From assembly GCA_965228895.1 (NCBI GenBank), contig OZ245842.1, positions 3,040,001 to 3,104,000 on the forward strand: 64,000 nucleotides of DNA, read 5' to 3'. This document shows, in pieces, positions 8,861-17,778 of the stretch. Position 1 is the first letter of the stretch, and each line of letters starts with the position of its first letter. A model generated the notes under the pieces. It searched no databases. It was not told where the DNA came from and saw nothing but the letters and a program-made list of their open reading frames with translations. Origin of the DNA: Alphaproteobacteria bacterium (GTDB lineage Bacteria > Pseudomonadota > Alphaproteobacteria > SP197). A program made the position numbers and the translations under genes.

Positions 8861-10006
8861 CTAGTCCCGCAGGAGGTCGCGGGCGATGACCAGGTTCTGG
8901 ATCTCGTTGGCGCCGTCGAGCCATTCGGCCATCTTGGCGGTGGCCAGATGGCGGGCCAGCGGGTGGCCGGCGTCGTGGCGGAAACCGACCGCGCCCATGA
9001 CCTGCATGAGTTGGGCGATGTTGCGCACCGCCGCCCGGCTGCCGAACTTCTTGGCGTGGGCAGCGGCAACGGTCGCGTTCTCGCCGGCGTCGAACAGGTC
9101 CGCCGCATGGCCGGTCAAGAGCCGCGTCGCCTCCAGATCCGTCGCCGCGTCGGCGAGTTGCCATTGCACGCCCTGGAAATCCGCGACTGTCTGACCGAAC
9201 GCCGCACGGTCGCGGGTATAGGCCAGGGCCGCGTCCAGGCTGGTCGCCATCATGCCGGCCGCCATCGCGCCGACGCCGATGCGCGCGATATCGATGCCGC
9301 GCATGGCGCCCTTGAAGGCGACCTCGGGCTCCAGCAGCAGCGCGTCGGGACCCAGTTTCACCCCGTCGAACCGCACGCCACAGGTGCCGAGCGCGTGACC
9401 GCTTAAGACATGATAGGCGGGTTGGCGGACAACGCCGGGCAAGTCCGCATCGACCAGGAAACCGGCGATGCCGCGCCAGCCCCGCGCCGGATCGGTCTGG
9501 GCGAACACCAGCATGACACCGGCAACCGCGCCGTTGGAGACCCAGGCTTTTTCGCCGTCGATCACCCAGCCGTCGCCATAAGCCCGGGCGCTGGTGGTGA
9601 TTGCGGTGGCATCGCTGCCACCCGCCGGTTCGGTCAGCAGGAAGGCGCCGATCACCTGGCCCGCCAGCATGGCGTCCAGATAACGCTCAACCTGGGCCGG
9701 AGAACCGTTGCGAGCCAGGTTTCCTGCGAGATTGCCGTGGACCTTGAACGCGAAGGCCAACGCCATGTCAGCGCCGGCCAAGACCTCATCGATCGCCGCG
9801 GTTTGTTTGAGGCCGAGGCCGTGGCCGCCGGCCTCCTGCGGCACCATCAGGCCCAGCAGGCCGGCCTTGGCGGCGGTCTTGAACAACTCGACCGGCATGC
9901 GCCGCTCCTGCTCCCACCCCGCGGCCGCTTCGACCACGTGGTCGGCCACGAAACGGCGCGCCGCGTTAACCAATTCGCGGTCTCGGTCACCTGATTGAAC
10001 GGCCAT
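8861..10006 (-). CDS. Acyl-CoA dehydrogenase
   Basis: FLLTEPAGGSD, GEKAWVSNG, RAAFGQTVADFQGVQ, QVMGAVG, DGANEIQ. Confidence 0.93.
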   Translation of the reverse strand: MAVQSGDRDRELVNAARRFVADHVVEAAAGWEQERRMPVELFKTAAKAGLLGLMVPQEAGGHGLGLKQTAAIDEVLAGADMALAFAFKVHGNLAGNLARNGSPAQVERYLDAMLAGQVIGAFLLTEPAGGSDATAITTSARAYGDGWVIDGEKAWVSNGAVAGVMLVFAQTDPARGWRGIAGFLVDADLPGVVRQPAYHVLSGHALGTCGVRFDGVKLGPDALLLEPEVAFKGAMRGIDIARIGVGAMAAGMMATSLDAALAYTRDRAAFGQTVADFQGVQWQLADAATDLEATRLLTGHAADLFDAGENATVAAAHAKKFGSRAAVRNIAQLMQVMGAVGFRHDAGHPLARHLATAKMAEWLDGANEIQNLVIARDLLRD

Positions 10007-10194
10007 GAACTCCTCTTAGAGGTGCAATTTTATCCACAAGATGTGCGCGCCATCACGACAAGCATACCCTATCTCGATAGATCCATTGACATCAGGGCCT
10101 TAGAAGACGACAACCGTTGCCGATGAAGTTGCTCGCCGACATCGCTGACCGTCACCTGATGAACCAGCGACAAGCAAAGGCCGACATATCAGAC

Positions 10195-11877
10195 ATGACG
10201 TTCCCGAACGACCCATCGAGCCGCGCCCCTAGCCAGATTGGCCAGACCTGCGGAAGGCTCGCCGGGGCATGTCTGCTGGCTGTCGGCCTGGCCTTCGCGG
10301 CCACAGGCCCCTCGCATGCCATCATCAACGGTGCCGACCAAGGCCAGACCCAGACCGACGGGCTGGTGCGCGACATCCAAGACGAGCTGCGCCGGCTGGG
10401 GTTCTACGCCGGTCCCGTCGATGGCATCCTCGGGCCCATGACCAACCAGGCGATCAGCGAGGTGCAGTTGGCCAGCGGCTGGCCGGTCGACGGCCTGCCG
10501 AGCCGTGAACTGCTGGATCACCTTTATAGTCAGCAGGACAAGGCCCAGGCCCTGCTGGATCACCTGGAAAGCAACCGGGTCGAGCAGATCGACGACGCTC
10601 GCGAGATGCTGGCGGCCAGCGAAGCGACCCAGGATCTGCTGTCGCCGGTGCTGGGCGGACCGTTCCTGGATAGCGTCGCCGAAGAAAACTGCGCCAACGA
10701 GCCGACGACCGCCTGCCTGCTGGATCACGCCATCGCCGCGGCGCGCGCGATGAACGATGTGGAGCGCCGCAGCTTCGCATTCCTGCAGATCGCCGAAGTT
10801 CAGGTCGCCATGGGCCAGGTCGAGGCGGCGCGCCAGACGCTCCGACGCATCCGCGATCCCCGTTACATCATTAGCGCGCTTGACGTGCTCGCCCTGGGTC
10901 TGAGTCATCAGGGCCGCTACGACGAAGCGCTTGAGCTGATCGACGTTGTGCCAATCGTGCGCATCAAGCTTGCCGGGCTGGACGCCGTTGCCCGCGCCGC
11001 GCACGAAGCCGGAGCCAATGCGATCGTCAGCCGAGCTGTTGCCGAAGCCGAGCAGACGATCGAAAGCGACGAAGGTGCCGCGATCAATCCGTGGCGTCTG
11101 ATCGAGTTTGCCCAGATGCTGCAGGCCGTCGACCGGATCGACGACGCCCAGGCGATGTTGGACCGCGCATCCGCCGCGACCCTCGCGGTTACCGAAGTCG
11201 AAGCGCGCGACCGCATCACGCCGCAGATCGTCACGACACTCCTGATGGTCGACCGCTTGGAAACGGCGCAACAGTTGACGGCGGCCATCCGCACCCCCGA
11301 TCACCGCGCCTTGGCCGAACTGGCCTTGGTGCGCTACCTGGTCGATCACGGCGACTACGCGGGCGCCCATCAGGTCTCCGCGACGATCGTGCCGGCCGAG
11401 TACCGCAGCCTGGCGCTTGCCGCCAGCGCCAGCGGACAGGACAACATGGCCGCCCAGACCATCTTGACCGAGGCCCTGGAAGCCGCGCGCGAGATCCCAT
11501 TCAAGCGCCGCCGCGACGAGGCCTATGCGGTCATCGCCCAAGGCCAGGCCGCACTCGGCAACAACGATGCCGCGCTGGAAACTGCCGAACTGATCGAAGA
11601 TGACGCTCTGAAGGCCGGCATCCTGTTCGCCATGGCCGACGACAACGCGCCGCTCGCTCTTGCCGCGCGCCGCGCTCTCGACGACGTCAACCAAGCGTAC
11701 CGCCGCTCCTTGTTGCAGCTTCACCTGGCTGTCGAGCTGGCCGACGCAGGCGACCAGACCGCCGCCGATGACAGCCTGGACGATGCCGTCGCCAGCGCCT
11801 TTGCAGTGGCATCCGATGCCGAACGCGCCCTGGCGCTGGCCCATTCCGCCGAGACGCTGGCCGCACTCCACCGCTAG
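10195..11877 (+). CDS. Exported peptidoglycan-binding-domain protein with TPR-like helical repeats
   Basis: Signal-like segment ending SHA; VRDIQDELRRLGFYAGPVDGILGPMTNQAI...VDG (PG_binding_1); repeated Ala-rich helices; start uncertain (10117-10195). Confidence 0.75.
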   Translation: MTFPNDPSSRAPSQIGQTCGRLAGACLLAVGLAFAATGPSHAIINGADQGQTQTDGLVRDIQDELRRLGFYAGPVDGILGPMTNQAISEVQLASGWPVDGLPSRELLDHLYSQQDKAQALLDHLESNRVEQIDDAREMLAASEATQDLLSPVLGGPFLDSVAEENCANEPTTACLLDHAIAAARAMNDVERRSFAFLQIAEVQVAMGQVEAARQTLRRIRDPRYIISALDVLALGLSHQGRYDEALELIDVVPIVRIKLAGLDAVARAAHEAGANAIVSRAVAEAEQTIESDEGAAINPWRLIEFAQMLQAVDRIDDAQAMLDRASAATLAVTEVEARDRITPQIVTTLLMVDRLETAQQLTAAIRTPDHRALAELALVRYLVDHGDYAGAHQVSATIVPAEYRSLALAASASGQDNMAAQTILTEALEAAREIPFKRRRDEAYAVIAQGQAALGNNDAALETAELIEDDALKAGILFAMADDNAPLALAARRALDDVNQAYRRSLLQLHLAVELADAGDQTAADDSLDDAVASAFAVASDAERALALAHSAETLAALHR

Positions 11878-11970
11878 ACCGCGGTCTCTCACCTCTAAAC
11901 TAAACGTCGCGCCTTAACGCTCCCCGTTATCTGCACGGCCTCGCAATCGTTAGGGATTTTTGCTTTAATC

Positions 11971-12000
11971 GAACGATGAACTGAACTCAATTCATCGTTC
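11971..12000. promoter_or_regulatory. Inverted repeat GAACGATGAA-N10-TTCATCGTTC directly upstream of the LysR gene
   Basis: Perfect 10-bp arms ending 3 nt before ATG 12004. Confidence 0.55.
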
Positions 12001-12003
12001 GCC

Positions 12004-12930
12004 ATGGCACCCAGGCTTGGAATCAACCATCTACAGATGCTGACGGCCATCGTCGAGACCGGCACGGTCGCGGAAGCCGCACAGCTCTTGGGCGTGACAC
12101 CGTCCGCGCTGAGCCACAGGATCCGCGAAGCCGAGCGGCGCCTGGATCTCGCCCTCTTCACGCGGCTCGGCCGTCGCCTGCGCCTGACCCCGGCGGGCGA
12201 ACTGCTGCATCAAGCGTCCGTGCGCCTGCTCGACGAGCTGGAACAGGTCGAGACCGCCGCCCAGAAGATGGGGCACGGCATCGAGGCCGTGGTGCGCCTG
12301 GGCATTGCGACCTACAGCAGCTACCACTGGCTGCCGGATTTCCTGAACCGGCTGCACGAGGCCGCACCCGCGATCGAGGTCGAGGTGATGGCGAACGCGG
12401 TCCAGCGGCCGCTCGCCGCGCTACAAGAAGGGGACATCGATCTGGCGGTCGTGCCCGACGTCCTGATCCCGGCCGGCATGACGGGCTTGCCGCTGTTCGA
12501 CGACGAACTGGTCGCCATCATGTCGCCAGAGCACCGCCTGGCGACACGCGAAAGCGTCGAGGCCGCGGACTTCCGCGAGCACGACGTCCTGACCTATAGC
12601 TTCACCAACCTGCCCGGCCACGAACTGGATCTGTTCTGGCGCCCGGCCAACGTGTCGCCACGCCGCATCATTCGTGTTGAGCTGATCGACGCGATCGTCG
12701 ACCTGGTCAAAGCCAATCTGGGCATCGCCATCGTGCAGCGTTGGGCGATCGCACCGCACCTTGAGACCGGTGCCCTTGCCGCCTGCCGCCTGACCGAAAC
12801 AGGCCTCAGCATTCCCTGGAGTGTCGCGCGACGCAGCACGGGTGAGCACGACGACGCCGTCACGACCGTTGCTGAATGTTTGGCCGATTGGAGCCGGGCC
12901 CGCGATGGCGGGTTCGCGGCGAGCAGTTAG
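12004..12930 (+). CDS. LysR family regulator (MetR-like)
   Basis: HTH TVAEAAQLLGVTPSALSHRIREAE; LRLTPAG; YHWLP; full-length effector domain. Confidence 0.92.
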   Translation: MAPRLGINHLQMLTAIVETGTVAEAAQLLGVTPSALSHRIREAERRLDLALFTRLGRRLRLTPAGELLHQASVRLLDELEQVETAAQKMGHGIEAVVRLGIATYSSYHWLPDFLNRLHEAAPAIEVEVMANAVQRPLAALQEGDIDLAVVPDVLIPAGMTGLPLFDDELVAIMSPEHRLATRESVEAADFREHDVLTYSFTNLPGHELDLFWRPANVSPRRIIRVELIDAIVDLVKANLGIAIVQRWAIAPHLETGALAACRLTETGLSIPWSVARRSTGEHDDAVTTVAECLADWSRARDGGFAASS

Positions 12931-13002
12931 ACGTCATCCGGCCTTCTGCGTTCATGGCCTTCGCTGCTGCCGTCTATAGAATGGGCAGGTAACGCAACGG
13001 AG

Positions 13003-14415
13003 ATGGGCGCCATGGCCGAGAACAGAACCGACGACGTTCGCCGCTATGCAGAAGAGCAGTTCCAGCAGACGCTGAAGCGGTTGAGCGGTTACATCGCCTT
13101 TCCCGCCATTTCGTCCGACCCCGATCACGCCAAGGATGTCGTGGCGCTGGCGCACAAGATCCGCGACGACCTGGAAGCCTTGGGTTTCGATAAGGCGCGT
13201 GTGTTGGAGTTGGACGGCGCGCTGCCCTCGGTCGCCGCCGAGCGCATGGATGGCGGCCCCGGCAAACCGACGGTTCTGATTTACGGTCACATGGATTTGC
13301 AGCCGGTCAAAGGCGAGCCGTGGAACACACCGCCCCATGAGACGGTCGAAATTGACGGCCGGCTGTACGCCCGCGGCTCCGGCGACGATATGGGCGGTTG
13401 GGTCAGCCACCTCGCCGCCATCGAAGCGTGGCTTGCTGTCGTCGGCACGCTGCCAGTCAACGTCAAGCTGATCATCGAGGGTGAAGAGGAGATCGGCTCG
13501 CCCAACCTGGTGGGTTACATGGACGCCTATCCCGACGTGTTCGACGCCGACGTCATGGTGCTGACCGATTGCGACAACCCGTCAACGGAAATTCCCGGGC
13601 TGACGACATCGCTGCGCGGTCTGTTGGAGATGGACGTGACGTGCGAGGCGTTGGAGTCCGATGTGCATTCCGGCATTTGGGGCAACGTCGCACCGGATGT
13701 GTCGACAACTTTGGTCAAGGCATTGGCGCGCCTCGTCGACGATGACGGTCGGTTTGCGCTGGGCCGTGTCGATGTGCCGAAAGCCTGGCGCGACACCGCG
13801 CGCGAGCTGCCGTTCGATGCGGCCACTGTCGAGAAAGGCGCACACATCATCGACGGTGTCACGGCCTTGCCCGAGCGTGGCCGCACGCTCGCCGAATGGG
13901 CGTGGCGGCAATCGGCACTCACCATCCTTTCGACGACCTTGCCTCGGCCAGGACGCGAGAAGAACGCGTTGCGTCATGCGGCGACGGCGTCATTGTCGAT
14001 CCGCGTCGCGCCAGGCCAGGATCCCGACGCGCTCGCGGCGGCAGTCATCGAAACACTGACCGACGACCCGCCCGGCGGCGTCAAGCTCACGGTCAGCGAA
14101 CGTCCGGGCCACGGCGATGCCTGGCTCTATGAACCCAAAGGCCCCGCTTTCGAGGCAGCCGGGCGCGCCTACCGCAAAGCCTGGGGGCACGACCTCATGC
14201 AGATCGGCATCGGCGGGTCGATACCGTTCGTCGCGCTGTTCGCCGAACGCTTCTCTCACCTGCCACTGATCTTGAACGGCGTGCTGGATCCCGCCAGCTC
14301 GATTCACGGCCCCAACGAATCCATGGACCTCGGCGTGTTCAAAAAGGCAATCGCGACGAACGTCTACCTGTTGGCCGAACTTAGCGCGCTGAACGACCTG
14401 ACAGCCGCACCCTGA
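13003..14415 (+). CDS. M20 family dipeptidase/metallopeptidase
   Basis: YGHMDLQP, ARGSGDDMG, EGEEEIGS, HSG, GGSIP, HGPNES. Confidence 0.92.
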   Translation: MGAMAENRTDDVRRYAEEQFQQTLKRLSGYIAFPAISSDPDHAKDVVALAHKIRDDLEALGFDKARVLELDGALPSVAAERMDGGPGKPTVLIYGHMDLQPVKGEPWNTPPHETVEIDGRLYARGSGDDMGGWVSHLAAIEAWLAVVGTLPVNVKLIIEGEEEIGSPNLVGYMDAYPDVFDADVMVLTDCDNPSTEIPGLTTSLRGLLEMDVTCEALESDVHSGIWGNVAPDVSTTLVKALARLVDDDGRFALGRVDVPKAWRDTARELPFDAATVEKGAHIIDGVTALPERGRTLAEWAWRQSALTILSTTLPRPGREKNALRHAATASLSIRVAPGQDPDALAAAVIETLTDDPPGGVKLTVSERPGHGDAWLYEPKGPAFEAAGRAYRKAWGHDLMQIGIGGSIPFVALFAERFSHLPLILNGVLDPASSIHGPNESMDLGVFKKAIATNVYLLAELSALNDLTAAP

Positions 14416-14563
14416 CAGCGGTTTTGCGCTGTTTGCCGTTATCACCGTGCGTACACCGCTTATCAAGCCACGGTGAAGTCGCCGTGCATGCCGTTGATGT
14501 CGTGATCTCGCCGCTTACGTAGAGGTAGGGACCGGGAATGCTTTAACTGCATGGACCGGCACG

Positions 14564-14683
14564 ATGAACGACAAACACACCACCTCCTCCTTATCCGGAT
14601 GGCGCGAACTGATCGTCTATTGCGGTTTCGCCACCGTGGTTTCCGTCGCCAATGTGGGCGTCGCGATGCTGGTGCTGTTCTAG
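14564..14683 (+). CDS. 39-aa membrane micropeptide, WREL family copy 1 (MNDKHTTSSLSGWRELIVYCGFATVVSVANVGVAMLVLF)
   Basis: Hand-translated; homologous to ORFs at 15936 and 17594; GGAC upstream; below the ORF-track cutoff. Confidence 0.75.
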   Translation: MNDKHTTSSLSGWRELIVYCGFATVVSVANVGVAMLVLF

Positions 14684-14728
14684 CAGCGAGCCAGCGTTCT
14701 GCCCCGACCGGCACAAGGAGGCGTACCC

Positions 14729-15766
14729 ATGCCCCGACGAACGATCGTTCTTTTACTGAGATGGTTGCCCGCCGTGTTGGCGACGGGCTGGCTGGCCAGC
14801 TTTATCTGGGACACCGACAGCGGCGGCGCGGTCGAGACCATACCAATCGACCAAGGCGTGGTGCGTGTCTTCGTGACCGGGCCGCGTGGTGACGTTACGG
14901 GCACCGGTCTGGTGGTCGACGGCAACGGCCACGTCGCGACGAACTTCCACGTCATCCAATCGCATCTGGAGAACGGCTGGCCGCTGGGCGTCGGTGAACC
15001 CGGCCGCGGCAGCGACGAGCGGTTGGCCGCGACCGTTGTCGCCGCTTATCAGGGCGAGGACCTCGCCATTCTGCATGTCGAGAATCTCGACACTCTACCT
15101 GTCACTTTTGCCGCACCAACCGATGATGCCTTGGGTAAGGGCGCGGATGTCTTTGCGATTGGCTATCCAGGCGCGGCCGACCGGTTGGGTCCCGCCGATG
15201 ACGCCAGTCTGGCGCCGGGCATTGTCAGCCGCATCTTTGCCGGCCCGTGGTCCGACGGCGGTCCGATGATCGGTATCATCCAGCACACCGCGCCGACCAA
15301 CCCGGGCAACAGCGGCGGTCCGCTGGTTGATGCCTGTGGCCATGTCGTCGGCATCAACTCGCAGCGCGAAGTCAGAATGATTTTAGGTCCAGGCGGTGTA
15401 CCGCTGGTTACCGACCCAATCCAGGGTGTGTTCTACGCATCCGCAGCAGCAACGCTGGTCGAGAAGCTTCGCGATCTCGGCGTGAGCTATGTATCGGCGC
15501 CAGGCATGTGCGGCCCGGTCGGGTCGTCGACCACGCGGGAACCTGCGTTCGGATCGTGGATGGCGGTGTTGTTGATCGCGGCAGCGTCGGGCGCGGTTGC
15601 AATCATGAGACCGAAACCCGGCGTTCGCGTGATGGTCGATTGTGGCGCCTTTGTTGGCGACTGCGCCAAAGCCGTCGCCCGCACCGCCAAACACCTTAAC
15701 GCCGACGACCGCGGCCGCGATGTCGAGATCGTCATGATCCCCGACAGGCGCTCTCCTGACAGATGA
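14729..15766 (+). CDS. Trypsin-like (S1) serine protease with N- and C-terminal hydrophobic segments
   Basis: Catalytic TNFHV, DLA, GNSGGP; AGGAGG RBS. Confidence 0.9.
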   Translation: MPRRTIVLLLRWLPAVLATGWLASFIWDTDSGGAVETIPIDQGVVRVFVTGPRGDVTGTGLVVDGNGHVATNFHVIQSHLENGWPLGVGEPGRGSDERLAATVVAAYQGEDLAILHVENLDTLPVTFAAPTDDALGKGADVFAIGYPGAADRLGPADDASLAPGIVSRIFAGPWSDGGPMIGIIQHTAPTNPGNSGGPLVDACGHVVGINSQREVRMILGPGGVPLVTDPIQGVFYASAAATLVEKLRDLGVSYVSAPGMCGPVGSSTTREPAFGSWMAVLLIAAASGAVAIMRPKPGVRVMVDCGAFVGDCAKAVARTAKHLNADDRGRDVEIVMIPDRRSPDR

Positions 15767-15792
15767 CGAAGAGCGGGCCGCTGTTCGCAATC

Positions 15793-15867
15793 GTTGATGG
15801 CGGTCACAAAATGTGGCGAGAACGTGCCGCCAATCCTCGCAGTGACATCAATGTGATGCCGGTCAAT
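15793..15867. promoter_or_regulatory. Two CRP/FNR-like boxes (GTTGA-N6-TCACA 15793-15808; TGTGA-N6-TCAAT 15852-15867)
   Basis: Half-sites match CRP (TGTGA) and FNR (TTGA) consensus with N6 spacing; same box recurs at 17508. Confidence 0.5.
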
Positions 15868-15935
15868 TGCATCGGAATGGCGCGAATCCTACGTATCACC
15901 CATAGAGCGCGGTGACGGTTAGACGGACAAAATCG

Positions 15936-16055
15936 ATGAACAAGAAAAGCAACAACAAGGGTTCAGGCAACTGGCGGGAGCTGGTGCTTTACACCGGCCT
16001 CGGCACCATGGTTTGTGTCGTCAATGTGGCGCTGTCGTCGCTGCTGCTGTTCTAG
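15936..16055 (+). CDS. 39-aa membrane micropeptide, WREL family copy 2 (MNKKSNNKGSGNWRELVLYTGLGTMVCVVNVALSSLLLF)
   Basis: Hand-translated; ungapped 27-residue alignment with copies 1 and 3; stop overlaps the stop of the convergent gene. Confidence 0.78.
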   Translation: MNKKSNNKGSGNWRELVLYTGLGTMVCVVNVALSSLLLF

Positions 16056-17215
16056 GCATTCGACGGCCATGGCGCGGTGAGCCATGCCGCGTCCATATCC
16101 GCAGCGCGCGGACAGCCGAGTTCCCCCAGCACGTGCAAGAGTTCCTGACGTAGGATCTCGATCACATGGTCGCCGCCGGCCTCACCCAGCGCCGCGATCG
16201 CGAACATGAAGCTGCGTCCGCTGAACGTGAACTGGGCGCCGCGCGCCAGCCCGCGCACCACATCGAGACCAGTTCTAATCCCGCTATCCAGCATTACCGT
16301 TGTCTTGTCGCCGACCGCCTCGACGATCTCGGGCAGGATGTCGATGGTCGCACGTTCGCCATCGAGCTGCCGGCCACCGTGGTTCGAGACGATGATGCCG
16401 TCGGCGCCCAGGTCGACGACCAGTCGCGCATCGTCGGGATGCTGGATGCCCTTCACGATCAGCGGCCCCTGCCACTGGCGCCTGATGTCGCCGAAGTGCT
16501 CGCGCGACATCGGACCCGTGAACTGACGCCCCAGGAAGGTCACGCTTTCCTTCATGTCCATCTTGTTGTCGACATAGGGCTCGACCGTGCGGAAATACGG
16601 CAAGCCGTGGCGCAGGGTCGCGATCGACCAAGCCGGCGCCAAAGCCGCTTGTACGAAGTTTCGCCAGGTGATGCGCGGCGGGACCGAGAAACCGTTGCGG
16701 ATGTCGCGTGTACGGCGCGCCTGCACCGGCACGTCGATGGTGACGATCATGGCGCCGAAACCGGACGCCTGGGCGCGGCTGATCAGATCCTTTTCGATGG
16801 TTCGGTCGGCCGGCGGATAAAGCTGGAACCACGCGTGATCGCCGCCGATGGCGCCGATTTCCTCCATGACGGCCGTCGAAACCGTGCTGAGCAAATACGG
16901 AATGCCGGCGCGTTTGGCCGCGCGGGCCAGCATCGCTTCGACCCCCGGCCACACCAGACCGGCCTGGCCGATCGGCGCCACGCCAATCGGCAGGGCATAT
17001 CTTGTACCGAAGACGTCCATGGAAAGGTCTGTGTCGCAGACGTCGACGAAAAATCGCGGCGTCATCAAGACCCGATCGAAGGCCTCCCGATTGCGCGCCA
17101 CCAAACGCTCCTGCCCCGAACCGCCGGCCAGATAATCCCAGGCAAACCGCGGGATACGCCGGCAAGCCCGACGCTCCAGGTCGGCGACGGAGGGGTAGCG
17201 CTGCATCAACGTCAT
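16052..17215 (-). CDS. FMN-dependent alpha-hydroxy acid dehydrogenase (L-lactate dehydrogenase-like)
   Basis: WFQLY, VTIDVP, IVKGI, VSNHGGRQLD, DSGIRTGLD. Confidence 0.93.
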   Translation of the reverse strand: MTLMQRYPSVADLERRACRRIPRFAWDYLAGGSGQERLVARNREAFDRVLMTPRFFVDVCDTDLSMDVFGTRYALPIGVAPIGQAGLVWPGVEAMLARAAKRAGIPYLLSTVSTAVMEEIGAIGGDHAWFQLYPPADRTIEKDLISRAQASGFGAMIVTIDVPVQARRTRDIRNGFSVPPRITWRNFVQAALAPAWSIATLRHGLPYFRTVEPYVDNKMDMKESVTFLGRQFTGPMSREHFGDIRRQWQGPLIVKGIQHPDDARLVVDLGADGIIVSNHGGRQLDGERATIDILPEIVEAVGDKTTVMLDSGIRTGLDVVRGLARGAQFTFSGRSFMFAIAALGEAGGDHVIEILRQELLHVLGELGCPRAADMDAAWLTAPWPSNA

Positions 17216-17235
17216 GGGCGATGTCCCTGAACAAC

Positions 17236-17374
17236 GAGAGCGGATCATGGTTAGGTGGAACCGTTTGACGGTTCCACCTAACCATGTGAATCCACTCTCT
17301 ATCTATGAATAGAGCAGATTCACCCGTCTTGATGCCATCGCGGAGCGATTCCATCAAAACAGGATCTGCTCTAG
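17236..17374 (-). repeat. Double-hairpin intergenic repeat element, copy A
   Basis: TAGAGCAGAT...ATCTGCTCTA stem plus an 18-bp perfect stem ATGGTTAGGTGGAACCGT/ACGGTTCCACCTAACCAT; homologous to 24247-24383. Confidence 0.8.
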
Positions 17375-17507
17375 AGGCCGAGAGGTTAGCCGGGATCGCC
17401 GCTACGAACAGCGGGTCGAACGAATCAAACCGGCCGGACGGCCGCCGACTACTCCGTTAGTAGTATATTAAGGAATTTGGGTTAAGCGTTGATTCGCCAG
17501 CAGAAAG

Positions 17508-17543
17508 TGTGATGGCCATCAATTGTCTGGCATGTGACTTGCA
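17508..17543 (+). promoter_or_regulatory. TGTGA-N6-TCAAT box followed by sigma54 -24/-12 promoter TGGCATGTGACTTGCA
   Basis: GG(17529-30)-N10-GC(17541-42) with TTGCA, about 50 nt upstream of micropeptide copy 3. Confidence 0.65.
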
Positions 17544-17593
17544 CTAAGGATAGCGGTGACGAAAACTCTTACCGGGCAGGACGGCCCACGGTC

Positions 17594-17707
17594 ATGAAAC
17601 AAAAGAAACAGGGATCGCCGAACTGGCGGGAACTCGCCGTCTACAGCCTGATCGCCACCGGGATCACCGTCGTCAACATCACCATCTCCTCGCTGCTTTT
17701 CTTCTAG
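17594..17707 (+). CDS. 37-aa membrane micropeptide, WREL family copy 3 (MKQKKQGSPNWRELAVYSLIATGITVVNITISSLLFF)
   Basis: Hand-translated; AGGA upstream; GC-rich third positions in the membrane segment; homologous to copies 1 and 2. Confidence 0.8.
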   Translation: MKQKKQGSPNWRELAVYSLIATGITVVNITISSLLFF

Positions 17708-17778
17708 ACCCCGTCCCTATCTTGTACACGGGCCGGCCGGTCTTGAACCGGCGTGGCACATGACGCGCATCTGATCAT

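Noticed and set aside
10189-11892. 567-aa minus-strand ORF
   Set aside because: Exact antisense shadow of the PG-binding/TPR gene; typical of high-GC codon bias, no motifs.
15878-15893. Sigma54 promoter before peptide 2
   Set aside because: TGGCGCG -24 is present but the -12 position reads AC rather than GC; not called.
17468-17485. TTAA...TTAA as a CtrA box
   Set aside because: Spacing is N10 rather than N7.
14564-17707. WREL peptides as Flp/type IV pilins or RiPP precursors
   Set aside because: No G|xxxxE(Y) prepilin cleavage spacing, peptides end at the TM helix, and no tad or modification genes are adjacent.
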